DNA of 64,000 nt from Octopus vulgaris. Its lineage: Eukaryota. The notes beneath the pieces are model-generated. The model was not told where the DNA came from and did no database searches. It worked only from the letters and a program-made list of their open reading frames with translations. The stretch is from contig OX597822.1 in assembly GCA_951406725.2 (NCBI GenBank), positions 42,036,001 to 42,100,000 of the forward strand. The letters are read 5' to 3'. This document shows positions 51,417 to 62,860 of the stretch, piece by piece; positions within the stretch are counted from its first letter, which is position 1, and each line of letters opens with the position of its first letter. Both the position numbers and the translations under genes were made by a program.

Positions 51417-53015
51417 TCATCATCATCATTTAATATCCATTGTCCATGCTGGCATGGGTTGGACGATTTGACTAGGGCTGGCAAGCTGGAAGACATAATG
51501 CCAAAGGTCTCAGTCATTGTCTCTGTGAGGTCCAACATTCAAAAGGAGTTTTCACGTGATACCAGCACCAGCCACTTTGCCTCTGTGAAGCTCAACACTT
51601 GAAAGGTGTTTTTTACATGCCACCAGCACAGGTGCCAGTTATGTGATACCAACATCAGCCACGACTATGATTTCACTTGACTTGACGGGTCTTCTCAAGC
51701 ACAACGTGTCATCAACAGTCTTGGTCACTAGTCATTGCCTCTGCCAGGCCTAAAGTTTGAAGATCATGCTTCACCACCTTGTCCCATGTCTTCCTGGGTC
51801 TATCTCTACTACAGATGCCCTCCACAGTTAGAAATCAGTACTTCTTTATACAGCTGTCCTCGGTCATACGCATCACATGACCATACCAGTACAGTTGTTT
51901 CTCTTGTACAGCACATCTGATGCCTCTTATGCCCAACTTTTCTCTCAATATGCTTACACTCTGTTGAACATGCACACTGACATTGCACGTCCAGCGAAGC
52001 ATATTAGCTTCATTTCTTTCAAACCTACACATATCCTCAGCTGTCACAGCTCCTGTTTCACTGCCATATAGCATAGCTATTTGCACACAGATATCATACA
52101 ATCTTCCTTTCACTCTGAAGGAGAGGCCCTTTATTGCCAGCAGAGGAAGGAGCTCTCTGAACTTTGCTCTTATTCTCACTGACTGCTACATTATCAAAGC
52201 ATCAACCTCCACTACTAACTTGGTCATATAGATAACGGAAGCTATCTACTACCTCTGGCTTACCCACAAAAGCTATTTTCCCTGTTAACCTTCCTCTTAT
52301 ATTACTGCATCTCTTATGTATCCATACATCTTATGGAGTTTCTACCTATGCTTTTTCTACAGATCAAGCAGGGCCATCTTCCTAAAGGGATTTGTGATTT
52401 GTCTGCCTTCCTACTTACTAAGACTTTGGTTTTTGCTAGGTTAACTCTAAGGCCCTTTGATTCTAGATCTTGCTTCCATACCTGAAACCTCTTCTCTAGT
52501 TCTGGTAGTGATTCAGCTATAAGAACAAGATCATCAGCATAAAGAAGCTCCCAGAAGCAACCTGTCTTAAATTCCTCTGTTATTACCTGGAGGACTATGA
52601 GGAACAATAGGGAGCTGAGGACCAATCGTTGGTGAACCCCTACTTGTACCCTGAATTCTTTGCTTTACTTATTGCCAAACTTCACCTTACTGGTAGTTTT
52701 CCTGTACATGGCTTATACAACTTGCACCAACCACTCGTCTATCCCTAGTTTCTGCATTTACTACCAGATAACAGATCAGGGGACCCTGTCAAAGGCTTTC
52801 TTCAAGTCGACAAAAGCCAAATACAGAAGTTTATTTTTGGCTAAGTATTTCTTCTGCAGCCTCCTTACCAGAAATATAGCATCAGTGGTGCTTCTCCCTG
52901 GCACAAAGCCAAACTGCATTTCATCTAGATTAACTCTCTCCCTAATTTGTTGAGCTATGACCCTCTCTGTAACTTTCATCACCTGATCCAACAATTTGAT
53001 ACGTTTGTAATTACA
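51417..53015 (-). mobile_element. RTE-clade LINE, 5'-truncated, disrupted
   Basis: NYKRIKLL, QFGFVPGRSTTDAIF, AFVDLKKAFDRVP, LLYADDLVL, WYGHVMR, RPRKTW; 3'UTR ends in (ATG)n. Confidence 0.93.
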
Positions 53016-53926
53016 GAACCCCAGCAATGTTGCGCACCTGCAGTAGCAGTTGGATTCAATTTACAGATGGGTTGAGGATAATAACATGCAGGTTAATGCT
53101 GAAAAATTCAAAGCCCTGTGCTACCAGCATCCCAAACTTAAATTGAAACTTACTGGGGATTACAATCCCAGAGACTAAATCACTGTTGGACCAGGGTATC
53201 AACATGAGTGATGATACCGCTTTCCAAGTGCACATTACCAGGATGGTGATAAAGTGCAGACGACTGGCTTGATGACTTGATGAATCCTGAGAACATTCAT
53301 AACCAGAGAAAAGGAAACCATGATAGTCCTCTGGAGGACATTCATCCTCAGCCACCTGGATTACTGCTTCCAGCTATGGGCACCCAACAGTGTAAAATTA
53401 ACAGCGGACCTTGAAGCTTCACAAAGAAGATCATCTCTTTGCAACAGCTCATCTACTGAGAAAGGTTGAAACAGCTAAGGCTCTACTCCCTGGGGAGAGG
53501 GCAGGAGAGGTATGCAGTAATATATATCTGGAAGATCCTGTGCCAAATTTTGGCATTGAAAGCTACACTAATGCTAGAACAGGTCGACACTGCATAGTAC
53601 CAAAGATCCCAGCAATACCATCGTGCTTCAGGACCAGTTACTGTAACAGCCTGGGTTTCAGGGCCCACAGCTTTTTAATATTCTCCCAAAGAGCCTGAAG
53701 AACCTACACAAAGTGGATATAGGCGTTTTCAAATCAAGGCTGGACCTCTTCCTGTCAAGAGTTCCAGATGAACCTACATCACAGCAAGAGGTGCAAATAA
53801 GGCTAGCTACATCAAACTCCATTCTTCACCAAGTACCACATATTAGAGGAGGCTCTCAGTAAAAACAGTGTAGTAAAATGGCAATGCTCCAGCATGCCAC
53901 AGCTCTAATCTGAAACTACTGAAAAT
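53012..53926 (+). mobile_element. Second CR1-group LINE 3' fragment (RT C-terminus + 3'UTR)
   Basis: LDSIYRWVEDNNMQVNAEKFK, SHLDYCFQLWAP, ERLKQLRLYSL, FKSRLDLFLSRVPDEP..SNSILHQ. Confidence 0.85.
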
Positions 53927-53962
53927 GTATATATATATATGTAGTTAATCCATATATATATA

Positions 53963-54069
53963 TAATGGTAAAAATTTCAATTCCTTGGATGACGTAAAAA
54001 AATGGTTCGTATTTGGCTGATTAAAAATGTAATAGCAAGTATTTATTGCACTTTCCGGACAACCCAATA
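53963..54069 (+). mobile_element. mariner 3' relic with terminal inverted repeat
   Basis: NGKNFNSLDDVKN peptide followed by CTTTCCGGACAACCCAA-TA terminus. Confidence 0.6.
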
Positions 54070-54085
54070 TCTATCTATCTATCTA

Positions 54086-54136
<51 letters not shown>

Positions 54137-57100
54137 CCTATTGCTTCCACTTTGGAGTTTTCTTTATCTCTTCCTCAAATTATGATACTTTGTCTCTTTA
54201 AATGTAAGTTAGATATATTTCATACTATTCTCTATAAATTCTTCGTTTTTTCTTATTTTTGATATCCTTACCTATATCTTATCTTATATGCTCTTATCCC
54301 TTTTAAGTTGTTACTGTTCTTAGAGATACATACTTTCTAGTTATTTAAGTCTGAGTTGATTGATATATCCATAATAACGTATAAATATTTGTGTATATTT
54401 GCATGTGTGCACATAAATGAATATGTGTATGTATCTGTACACAACATTTTTTTATCTGATTCTTAACTTATAATTACTATATAGATAGCATGTTTTATCT
54501 CTCCAGTATTCTGTAAGTAAATACCCAGAGCAGTCTTTATAGAAACCACCTAATAAGTAAATATTTTTGTACATGAATATTAAACTGATTCTATGTAATC
54601 TTCTATGTAATGTTGAAAATTGGTATGATTTTGATTTTTTGATTTTTCCAGTTTCAGCTAATGAGCTGTGGCCATGCTGGGGCACCGCCATTTCTGGTAT
54701 ATATATACACATTTTATATATTTTGGTTATGATATAATTTTTGATAATCTTAAATTTTATCTTTATACAACATATCAGTATTGTTTATAAACAATCACCC
54801 ATAGTACCCCATGATAAAATTTTTACTCTGTATTAACATCATGCCTCCTTAATTGGTAATTAACATCTTGATTGGGAGTCTTCCCCTACCCAGCCTCCTT
54901 TATAGACAGTTACTTTATACTACTCCTAAATTCTTGACAATATTTATGACCATACCTAGCTATGAGCTGTCAACTCATTCCTGCCTTCCATTCTAAACAG
55001 ACACAGTCTTAAATTTAGTAGTTGATAAAAAAAGATTAATAAATTAAAATGAACCAAAATCTTTTACAAGCTATGACCCCAACAAACTTCTTGAAAATGT
55101 AGTATATTCTTAGCTACATTAGTGGCAACATGATTTTTTTCTATCTTCTTGCTCTGTTAGAGTATTTGAGTAAAATTATATTAATGTGTCCGACTGATTA
55201 AAATTTAATTTATTTATTTGTGCAGCAAAGGATAGCTCTGCATTTAAATTGATGTAATGATTGCGTTGTTCAATTAAATGGAGCTGCTTGAAACGGTTGT
55301 TCTGCATCACTTCATGATATCCTGTTGCTTATTTTATTTTATTCACCTTACTTTGGGTTGTACGGATAATACCAGACTGACTTGGTGCTTCAACTTAAGT
55401 ACCTAATTCAACTGAATCTTCATTATATGTATATATATAAATATATATACATACTTCTTTCAGTTTCCATCTATTCAAAAGGCTTGGGTCACCTAAGGCC
55501 ATAGTAGAAGATACTTGGCCAAGCTACCATGCAGTGGGACTAAACCCAAGACATGTGGTTCAGGAGCAAGCTGCATAACTATACAGCCACACCTACTCCT
55601 GTATAACAGGTTTCTATCAACCAAGTTATTCAGTCTAAGTGTTTGTCAACTCAAGGCTACAGAATTGTGCAATCAAACTTGGATTGATATAATATATAAA
55701 AACGTTTACTGAGGTTAATGTTTTTTTATTTGTTATCTCAATATCTAGTGTCAATAGCTGTGTCTCTAAAAATAAATCAGAGTGGTCTCAACTGTTTATG
55801 CTGGAGTAAAATCTTTTCATAAAATGACCCAACCAATCAGATATCCGTATATTCAATCATTAGTAAGTTTTATGGAAATACTTCAAAGAAAAAAAGGTAG
55901 TATTATTACAAAGATGTGATAAGCAGAAAAACTAGTCGTCTTATCAAGCTACCTGATACAGTTCAAGTATTTCTCTTTAAGAGAACTCCTTTGTGTGAAT
56001 ACTTTTGAAAATTCAATGTTCAATTCATTTTTGAACTCTTAATGCTATTATTACTCACAAGCATAAAGGCAGCAAGCTGGCAGAATTGTTAGCATGCCAG
56101 GTGAAGTCGCTACATTCTGAGTTCAAACTCTGCCAAGGTCAGCTTTGCTTTTCATCCTTTCGGGGCTGGTAAATTAAGTACTAGTGAAACACTGGGGTTG
56201 ATGTAATCAACTAGTCCCTTCCCCCAAAATTTCAGACTTTGTGTCTTTAATAGAAAAGGAGGAAAAGAAGGAAGTCCCACAGATATTACATTGCAAATAT
56301 TGCACTATCATTTTGTACTGTTATCATCATCTTAGGGAGCAAAAGTTGGTCAACGTAATTGTAGTTGTTGAAGTTGAGAGAGTTTGAAACAGGTTACATG
56401 TACTTTTTTTTTAAGAAATTTTTCCTCAATCTTGACCCAATTGTAAGCGAAACTATTGATAAAAATCTGGATAGTTTTTGGTGTTTAACAATCAATATTC
56501 TTTTCTCTGTTGGAAGCCAATTTTCCCACACTGATGTAAAAAAAAAATGTCAAAACTGAACCACTGTTGAACAAAGGCCTGGTAAACTTAAGGCTGTAAT
56601 AAAGAAACAAGGCGAATTTACTGAATAATATTTAGCTGTAGCATTGCAAAATGAGTAATAGCTAATTTCAGTCACTTTTCTTAACTGCATATCACATAAA
56701 GAGAGTCACTCTGACAAATCATAGAGAATATTCTATGTTGAGCTTTTAGATTTAGTCAGGTTTCATTAACTTCATACCATGTGTCATTTTTCCACGATCC
56801 TCTTTCAATTTGACCATGTTATTTAAAATTTTCATTGAATTTCTGACCTTCCAGTTGTCTAAGGATCAATATTAATGTGGTTGAGTCTTTTCTCCAATGT
56901 AATTCTGGAGAATTAAAGAAACAAATTTAGTTTATCTTGTCTCACTCATTTTGCCCCACCCAAATTTGTCTTTTATATACTCAATGAAAACAGATAATTT
57001 TCTGAAATAGCGTTCAGAATATGTTATAGTGTTTTTAATGCATTTGGAGATCATTTGCTTCTCCAAAAGTAGTGAACATTTGTATAAAATATTTTTTCTC

Positions 57101-57144
57101 AAAGTAAAAAATGCAGTAAATCTTACTCATTGTGCCTCCCCATT

Positions 57145-57187
<43 letters not shown>

Positions 57188-57722
57188 ATGTTACATTACT
57201 CGGTAGTCAAGATAAAACTCTGAGTTTCAGATGCCGAAGTGGAAATCCACAACACCATCTCTTCGGTTATCTGGCTATTTGAAAACGTTATGAAAAAATA
57301 CCGTTAAAAATGAAGGGAAATTACTCTGTTATAACTCTGCTTTGCCTGCGTACTTATACATCGCTCGCATTTTTCGTCATAAAAATTATATAAAAATACA
57401 TAAAAATATATAAAAATATATAAAAATATATAAAATCTTCTTGGGACATAACACAGAAAGCATGTTCTATCCGTTTTCTTTAGGGGACCAAAAACGTAAC
57501 AGAAATTTAGTCACATGTGGGCATGATCCGAAAAGCTCTGTCCTTGCCTTGAAATTACCCTCTGTCAGGCCCACGTATTTCTTCGTCGAAATGGTGTCTT
57601 TAGTGGTTATAGAGTTTACGGTAGCTTCATATATGATGGTCTTGGACATGCAAGCTCCATTTAGCGGGCACAATTCATCGCCTAACATCGGTTGAGGACT
57701 CTCACAAACAAAAGAATCTAAT

Positions 57723-59847
57723 ATGGACGCATATCACATAGATTATTCTATGAAAAATATACCGATCCCATCAAAGGATTTTTACTCTAAGAAACTTCTG
57801 CAAAAAATTACTGATGTAATTAAGCGTATGAGATGGAAGGCTTTCTTTTTTGACACAGAAGCGAACACCAAGGAAAACATTTGCTATCGGATAAAATCCA
57901 AAAAATTCCCTCCTAGGATTAAAGGCTTGGAAGATTTCGAAGCGGACCTGCTGAAGATCATGAGCAAAATAAAGTTTCGTAAGTCTTTTAACAATTTCCA
58001 ACATAAATTGAAAAAAGATATTGATCATATAAAAAGCTCCAAGAAAAAAGCACTTTTTTCGGATAAAACCAAGAACTTATACCTGGTAGATAACAGCAAA
58101 TACACACAACTCTTACACAACAGCATCATTAATAATTATACTAAGGCTAGGGCACAGACATATAACGAAATTAATAAAGAAGCTAGCGTCATCGCCGCTA
58201 AACTTAAATTAGATAAAAAATAGAAACCCTCCCCCAAAAAGAGGCCTTTATTACTATTAAAGACCACAAAGAAAACTTCCTTTCCAACCCTAAATGTAGG
58301 CTTATCAACCCAGCCAAGTCAGAACTAGGGATTATTAGCAAAGAAATTTTAGATAAAATAAATACGAAAATTAAGACCGATACTAGGCTAGTGCAATGGT
58401 CCAATAGTATAGAAGTCGTAGACTGGTTTAAAACTATTAAGAATAAGAAAAAAGCGAGGTTTACACAATTCGATATTGTTGATTTTTATGCCTCTATCTC
58501 TAAAGAACTGCTAGATAAAGCCCTAATCTTCGCTAGTGACTTCATAGAAATTAGTATCAATGATAAGGATATAATCTTCCATGCTAGAAAGACATTACTT
58601 TTCAGTGAGAATGCAAAGTGGGTAAAAAACACCGACACGGAGGGCGCTTTCGATGTGAGCATGGGTTCATATGATGGGGCAGGCATCTGTGATCTAATTG
58701 GACTCTTTCTCCTAGATACCTTCGGTAAGACATTCCCTAACGTATATTTCGCCATCTACAAAGATGATGCCCTCGCCTTAACAGCTAATACAAATGGACC
58801 AGCACAAGATCGTTTTAGGAAGGATATTATCCAGTTAATGAAACACTTCGGACTTAGTATAACTATAGACACTAACCTGACGGTTGTCAATTTCTTAGAC
58901 GTTTCCTTAGATCTTAATAATAATATTTATAAGCCTTATAGGAAGCCCAATGATAGACTAAGTTATATTAATGTAGGTTCATGCCATCCCCCTATAGTAT
59001 TCAAAAATTTAGTTAAAAATATTAGTAAGAGGATTTCTAGCCTCTCATCTAATGAGGACATCTTCAATAGCGTTGCCCCAGTTTATAATAAAGCTTTAAA
59101 AGATAGTGGTTTTAGCGAAAAAATAAAATATACACCTATCACCAGCCCAACAATAAGGAAAAGGAATAATAGAAATAGGAAGGTCATCTGGTTTACGCCC
59201 CTTACTCACCCGAGGTGGCCTTCAATATAGGTAAATATTTCCTAGCACTGATAGATAGACATTTTCCAGTTAACCATGCTTATAGGAAACTCTTCAATAG
59301 ACACAATTTAAAAATTAGTTTTAGTTCAACTACCAATTTTAAAAACATAATCAATCATAACATACAAAAAGCACAAGAAGAAAACAGCTGTTCATGCAGG
59401 AATAAAGAATTGTGCCCGCTAAATGGAGCTTGCATGTCCAAGACCATCATATATGAAGCTACCGTAAACTCTATAACCACTAAAGACACCATTTCGACGA
59501 AGAAATACGTGGGCCTGACAGAGGGTAATTTCAAGGCCAGGTTCAATAACCACACTTTGAGCTTTAGGCACTGGAACAAAAGAAAAGCGACACAATTATC
59601 CAATCATATTTGGTCTTTAAGAGATAAAGGTGTCGATTATAACATACAATGGAAGATTTTGGCCAGATGTAAGCCCTATACTAACGGCAGCGGAAGGTGC
59701 GGTTTATGCGACATGGAGAGATGGCTTATCTGGAAAAGCAGCTTAGACCCTACCACATGTCTAAATACAAGGACAGAGCTTTTCGGATCATGCCCACATG
59801 TGACTAAATTTCTGTTACGTTTTTGGTCCCCTAAAGAAAACGGATAG
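57723..59847 (+). CDS. Penelope-like RT + C-terminal GIY-YIG endonuclease (~708 aa if two 1-nt homopolymer frameshifts are corrected)
   Basis: YSMKNIP, KRMRWKA, KDHKENF..CRLINPAKSELG, FDIVDFY, MGSYDGA, YKDD, FLDV, YRKPN, WFTPPYS, CSCR..CPLNGAC, IIYEA...YVGLT, RFNNH, CGLC..E, LNTR. Confidence 0.92.
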
Positions 59848-60041
59848 AACATGCTTTCTGTGTTATGTCCCAAGAAGATTTTATATATTTTTATATATTT
59901 TTATATATTTTTATGTATTTTTATATAATTTTTATGACGAAAAATGCGAGCGATGTATAAGTACGCAGGCAAAGCAGAGTTATAACAGAGTAATTTCCCT
60001 TCATTTTTAACGGTATTTTTTCATAACGTTTTCAAATAGCC

Positions 60042-60104
60042 AGATAACCGAAGAGATGGTGTTGTGGATTTCCACTTCGGCATCTGAAACTCAGAGTTTT
60101 ATCT
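60042..60104 (+). ncRNA. Variant minimal type I hammerhead-ribozyme-like motif in the pLTR (inverted copy at 57210-57272, - strand)
   Basis: AGATAA (stem I) - CCGAAGA - GATG..GTGG/CCAC..CATC (stem II) - T-GAAA - ACTC-A-GAGT (palindromic stem III) - T - TTATCT (stem I'); Penelope-like pLTRs are known to carry minimal hammerheads. Confidence 0.6.
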
Positions 60105-60200
60105 TGACTACCGAGTAATGTAACATATTGTATAGATAAATTTCCTCTATTTACATAATATTGAGGTCTCTTTCTTTCTTTTGTTATCTTACCGTTTTAT

Positions 60201-60234
<34 letters not shown>

Positions 60235-60404
60235 GACAGGCTTCTTTCAGTTTCCGTCTACCAAATCCACTCACAAGGCTTTGGTTGGCCCAAGGCTATA
60301 GTAAAAGATACTTGACCAAGGTGCCACACAGTCGGACTGAACCGAGAACCATGTAATTGGTAAGTAGCTTGCTTAACACACCCACTCCTGTACATATATA
60401 TGTG

Positions 60405-60890
60405 ATGAGAAGGAAGCTATCTTTCCAACCACTACCTTCACAAAGACTAAACGGGCTTATCCTGTCTCTTCATAAGCTCGTCTCCTTAAGCATTCATAAT
60501 AATTTTTCCATCGTCTTTGCCTAACAGCCCTCATCGTTTTTTTTTTACTGTTTTGTTCTCATTGTTCTGTCTTTTACTGTTTTTACTTTTTTATTGCTTT
60601 TACTGTTTTGTTTTCACTGTCCTGTTCTTGTTACCACGTTCACCGTCCAAAAAAAATCCCAAATTTTATTTAATTTGCTTTGCAGGAAGGACTGTTTCAA
60701 TGAAGTCACGTCTTATCCTTACCTTCGAAATGCGGAGTAGATGAAACAGGGACAACTGAAAAAGGGGAATATTCTTTATGTTGTATGTCTCGTTTCTTTG
60801 GGTTTTTTTCGTTGTTTGAAAAAAAAGTTCGTTTCTATATTTTTATGTTTTCAGTTCTCATTGTGTTCAACGTTTTTTTTATGTCCTATG
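60405..60890 (+). mobile_element. Degenerate 3' end of another Penelope-like element
   Basis: EKEAIF..L.LN-like endonuclease C-terminus, T-rich tract, GAAGG...CCTTCGAAA decayed hammerhead-like stem, flanked by TA repeats. Confidence 0.45.
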
Positions 60891-61154
60891 CCCATATATG
60901 CATGTATATATATATATGTAGGTATGTACATATATGTATGTATATATGCATATATTTATATATTATTTGTATTATATATATATATATTTGTGTGTCTGTG
61001 TTTGCCCCCCTTTCACCTCTTGACAACCGATGTGGGTGTGTTTACCAAGCTTACAAAGAATAAGTGCTGGGGTCGATTTCTTCGACTAAAAGGTGGTGCC
61101 CCAGCATGGTCGCAGTCAAATGACTGAAACAAATAAAAGTATAAAAGAATATGT

Positions 61155-61592
61155 ATACATGGTGACCCAAAAGTTCGGTTACAAGGGTTAAACGATGTAT
61201 TTCAGCCAAATCTGAATCAATTTACTTACACACTAGTTTTTAACATTTTCAGCAATGTTACAGCTAAATATTATTCAGTAAATCCGCCTTGTTTCTTTAT
61301 TACAGCCTTAAGTTTACCAGGCCCAGGTTCAACAGTGGCTCACAAGACCTCTAGTGGTATTTTATCCCATTCACGCTGCAGAGACCTCTTCAAAGCCGCT
61401 ACTGAACAATGAGATTTAGAATTTAGCATGGAAAGTTGTTAATAAAAATGTCAACACTTTAATAAGTGGACTGAATCATTAATCCAATAACCATGAAACA
61501 CCTCTGTGCAGTGGAATAACGACAACACTCATTCTGTGCGAATAACTTCACGTTCAAGGTTTTATTCCAACATGTGTAAATGAACATGTATA
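61155..61592 (-). mobile_element. Internally deleted Tc1/mariner (maT-like) element
   Basis: Minus strand gives SVAALKRSLQREWDKIPLEVL*ATVEPGPGKLKAVIKKQGGFTE*; TATACATG..CATGTATA ends. Confidence 0.65.
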
Positions 61593-61759
61593 GTGAGTAT
61601 ACAATGTTCAATAAAGCTTTTTGGGAAGAAGAAAAGTTTTGAACAACTTGCCATGCTCCATGATGACTTTCAGTAAATAGAAATAAATCAAGCTACGAGA
61701 TTAACTTTCCATGGGCACAATACCATGAACTATTGGTAGGTAATCAGATATCGAATTCA

Positions 61760-62856
61760 TGTCCCTGGCTCTCTCTAGGTCGTGGTGGATCTTGTCGTAT
61801 CTCGAAGAAGCAGTTAGAGAAGAGAGCCTGATTTAAGCAGGAATGCCGCTTAAATAGGTAATGTGCTACAAGCGATCTCCTACGTGTTATTTAGAAGTTG
61901 TGCGTAGTACATTAGCAATAAATACAGCAACTACTGAAGTCGTCAGGAAAGTCAGAAAAAGTGTTCTCGACAGACTATGTTGCGAACTCCATAACAGAGT
62001 TCAAATACGAATCTGACTAACCAAAAAAAAAAGAAGAAAGAAGAGGTGGAAAAGAAAGAAGCGACGAGAAAGAAAGAGGATACGGAAAAGGAAAGTGATC
62101 AAATAATTAAGGTGTGTGACAACGAGTCAGAGAAGGAGGAAGCGTGTACAGGTGATTTGACTGAGGTCTTAGGAACGCAACTACAGGAGGATGAGATGGA
62201 GAAGCTGTTTACGGTGGAGACGGAGAAAGAGAAGGTACCAGACTCAGAGAAGAGTATAGAGGAGCTGTTCTTAGGAAAGGTAGTAAAGGAAGAAAGGGGA
62301 AGACCGAGAGGATGTAAGAACTAATGGAATTTTGTAACCTATTCGAAGAATAAGGAGGTGGAGAAGAAAATAGTTAAATTCAAGCACATCATAAGGGTAA
62401 AGCTACCAACTGACGTGTACCCAGAGAGTGTAAAGGCCATTGTGGTCGATAGAGAAACATACAGGAAGCTTAAGGACATGTGTGGAAGTAGGATTGACCC
62501 AGCCGGAGCGTTGGTAGAGTTTAATGAGCTGCTACCGGCAATCGATCTAGTGGAGTTAGAGCCGTATATCAGGCGTTAAAAGGAAAAAAAAACAAAAGAG
62601 GAAGAAGAAAGGAAAAAGTTTGAAGAAATAGGAAAAAAAACGATAATTAAAGGGAAAAAAATTATCAACAGACAGTGTGCGTACAAACGTTCTAATGGTA
62701 CTGTATGAGGAGTGGGGCCCATGCAGCCATTCATCTTTCATTATTATATAATTCATATTCATTCGTTATATGTTTATTGTCCCCACTGTGGTGTTGTGTC
62801 TGTCCTTGTAGTGTCCCCTCTGTGTTAAGTGACCTGAGTGCCAAAATAAAGAATCA
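61760..62856 (+). mobile_element. Probable internally deleted L1/Tx1-like element (acidic ORF1-like fragments + 3'UTR)
   Basis: Purine-rich, CpG-containing ORF pieces at 62046-62579, then T-rich UTR ending TGTCTGTCCTTG..GTCCCCTCTGTGTT..AAATAAAG. Confidence 0.45.
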
Positions 62857-62860
62857 ATAC

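Larger units (their letters stand above)
57180..60203 (+). mobile_element. Penelope-like retroelement with 5' inverted pseudo-LTR, inserted in (TA)n
   Basis: 57180-57676 is the reverse complement of 59407-60134 minus an internal 231-nt piece; RT and GIY-YIG ORF between; (TA)n on both flanks. Confidence 0.95.

Noticed and set aside
57180-60134. DNA transposon with 500-bp TIRs carrying an RT
   Set aside because: The inverted repeat includes the element's own ORF end, matching the known inverted pseudo-LTR structure of Penelope-like insertions; no transposase or specific TSD
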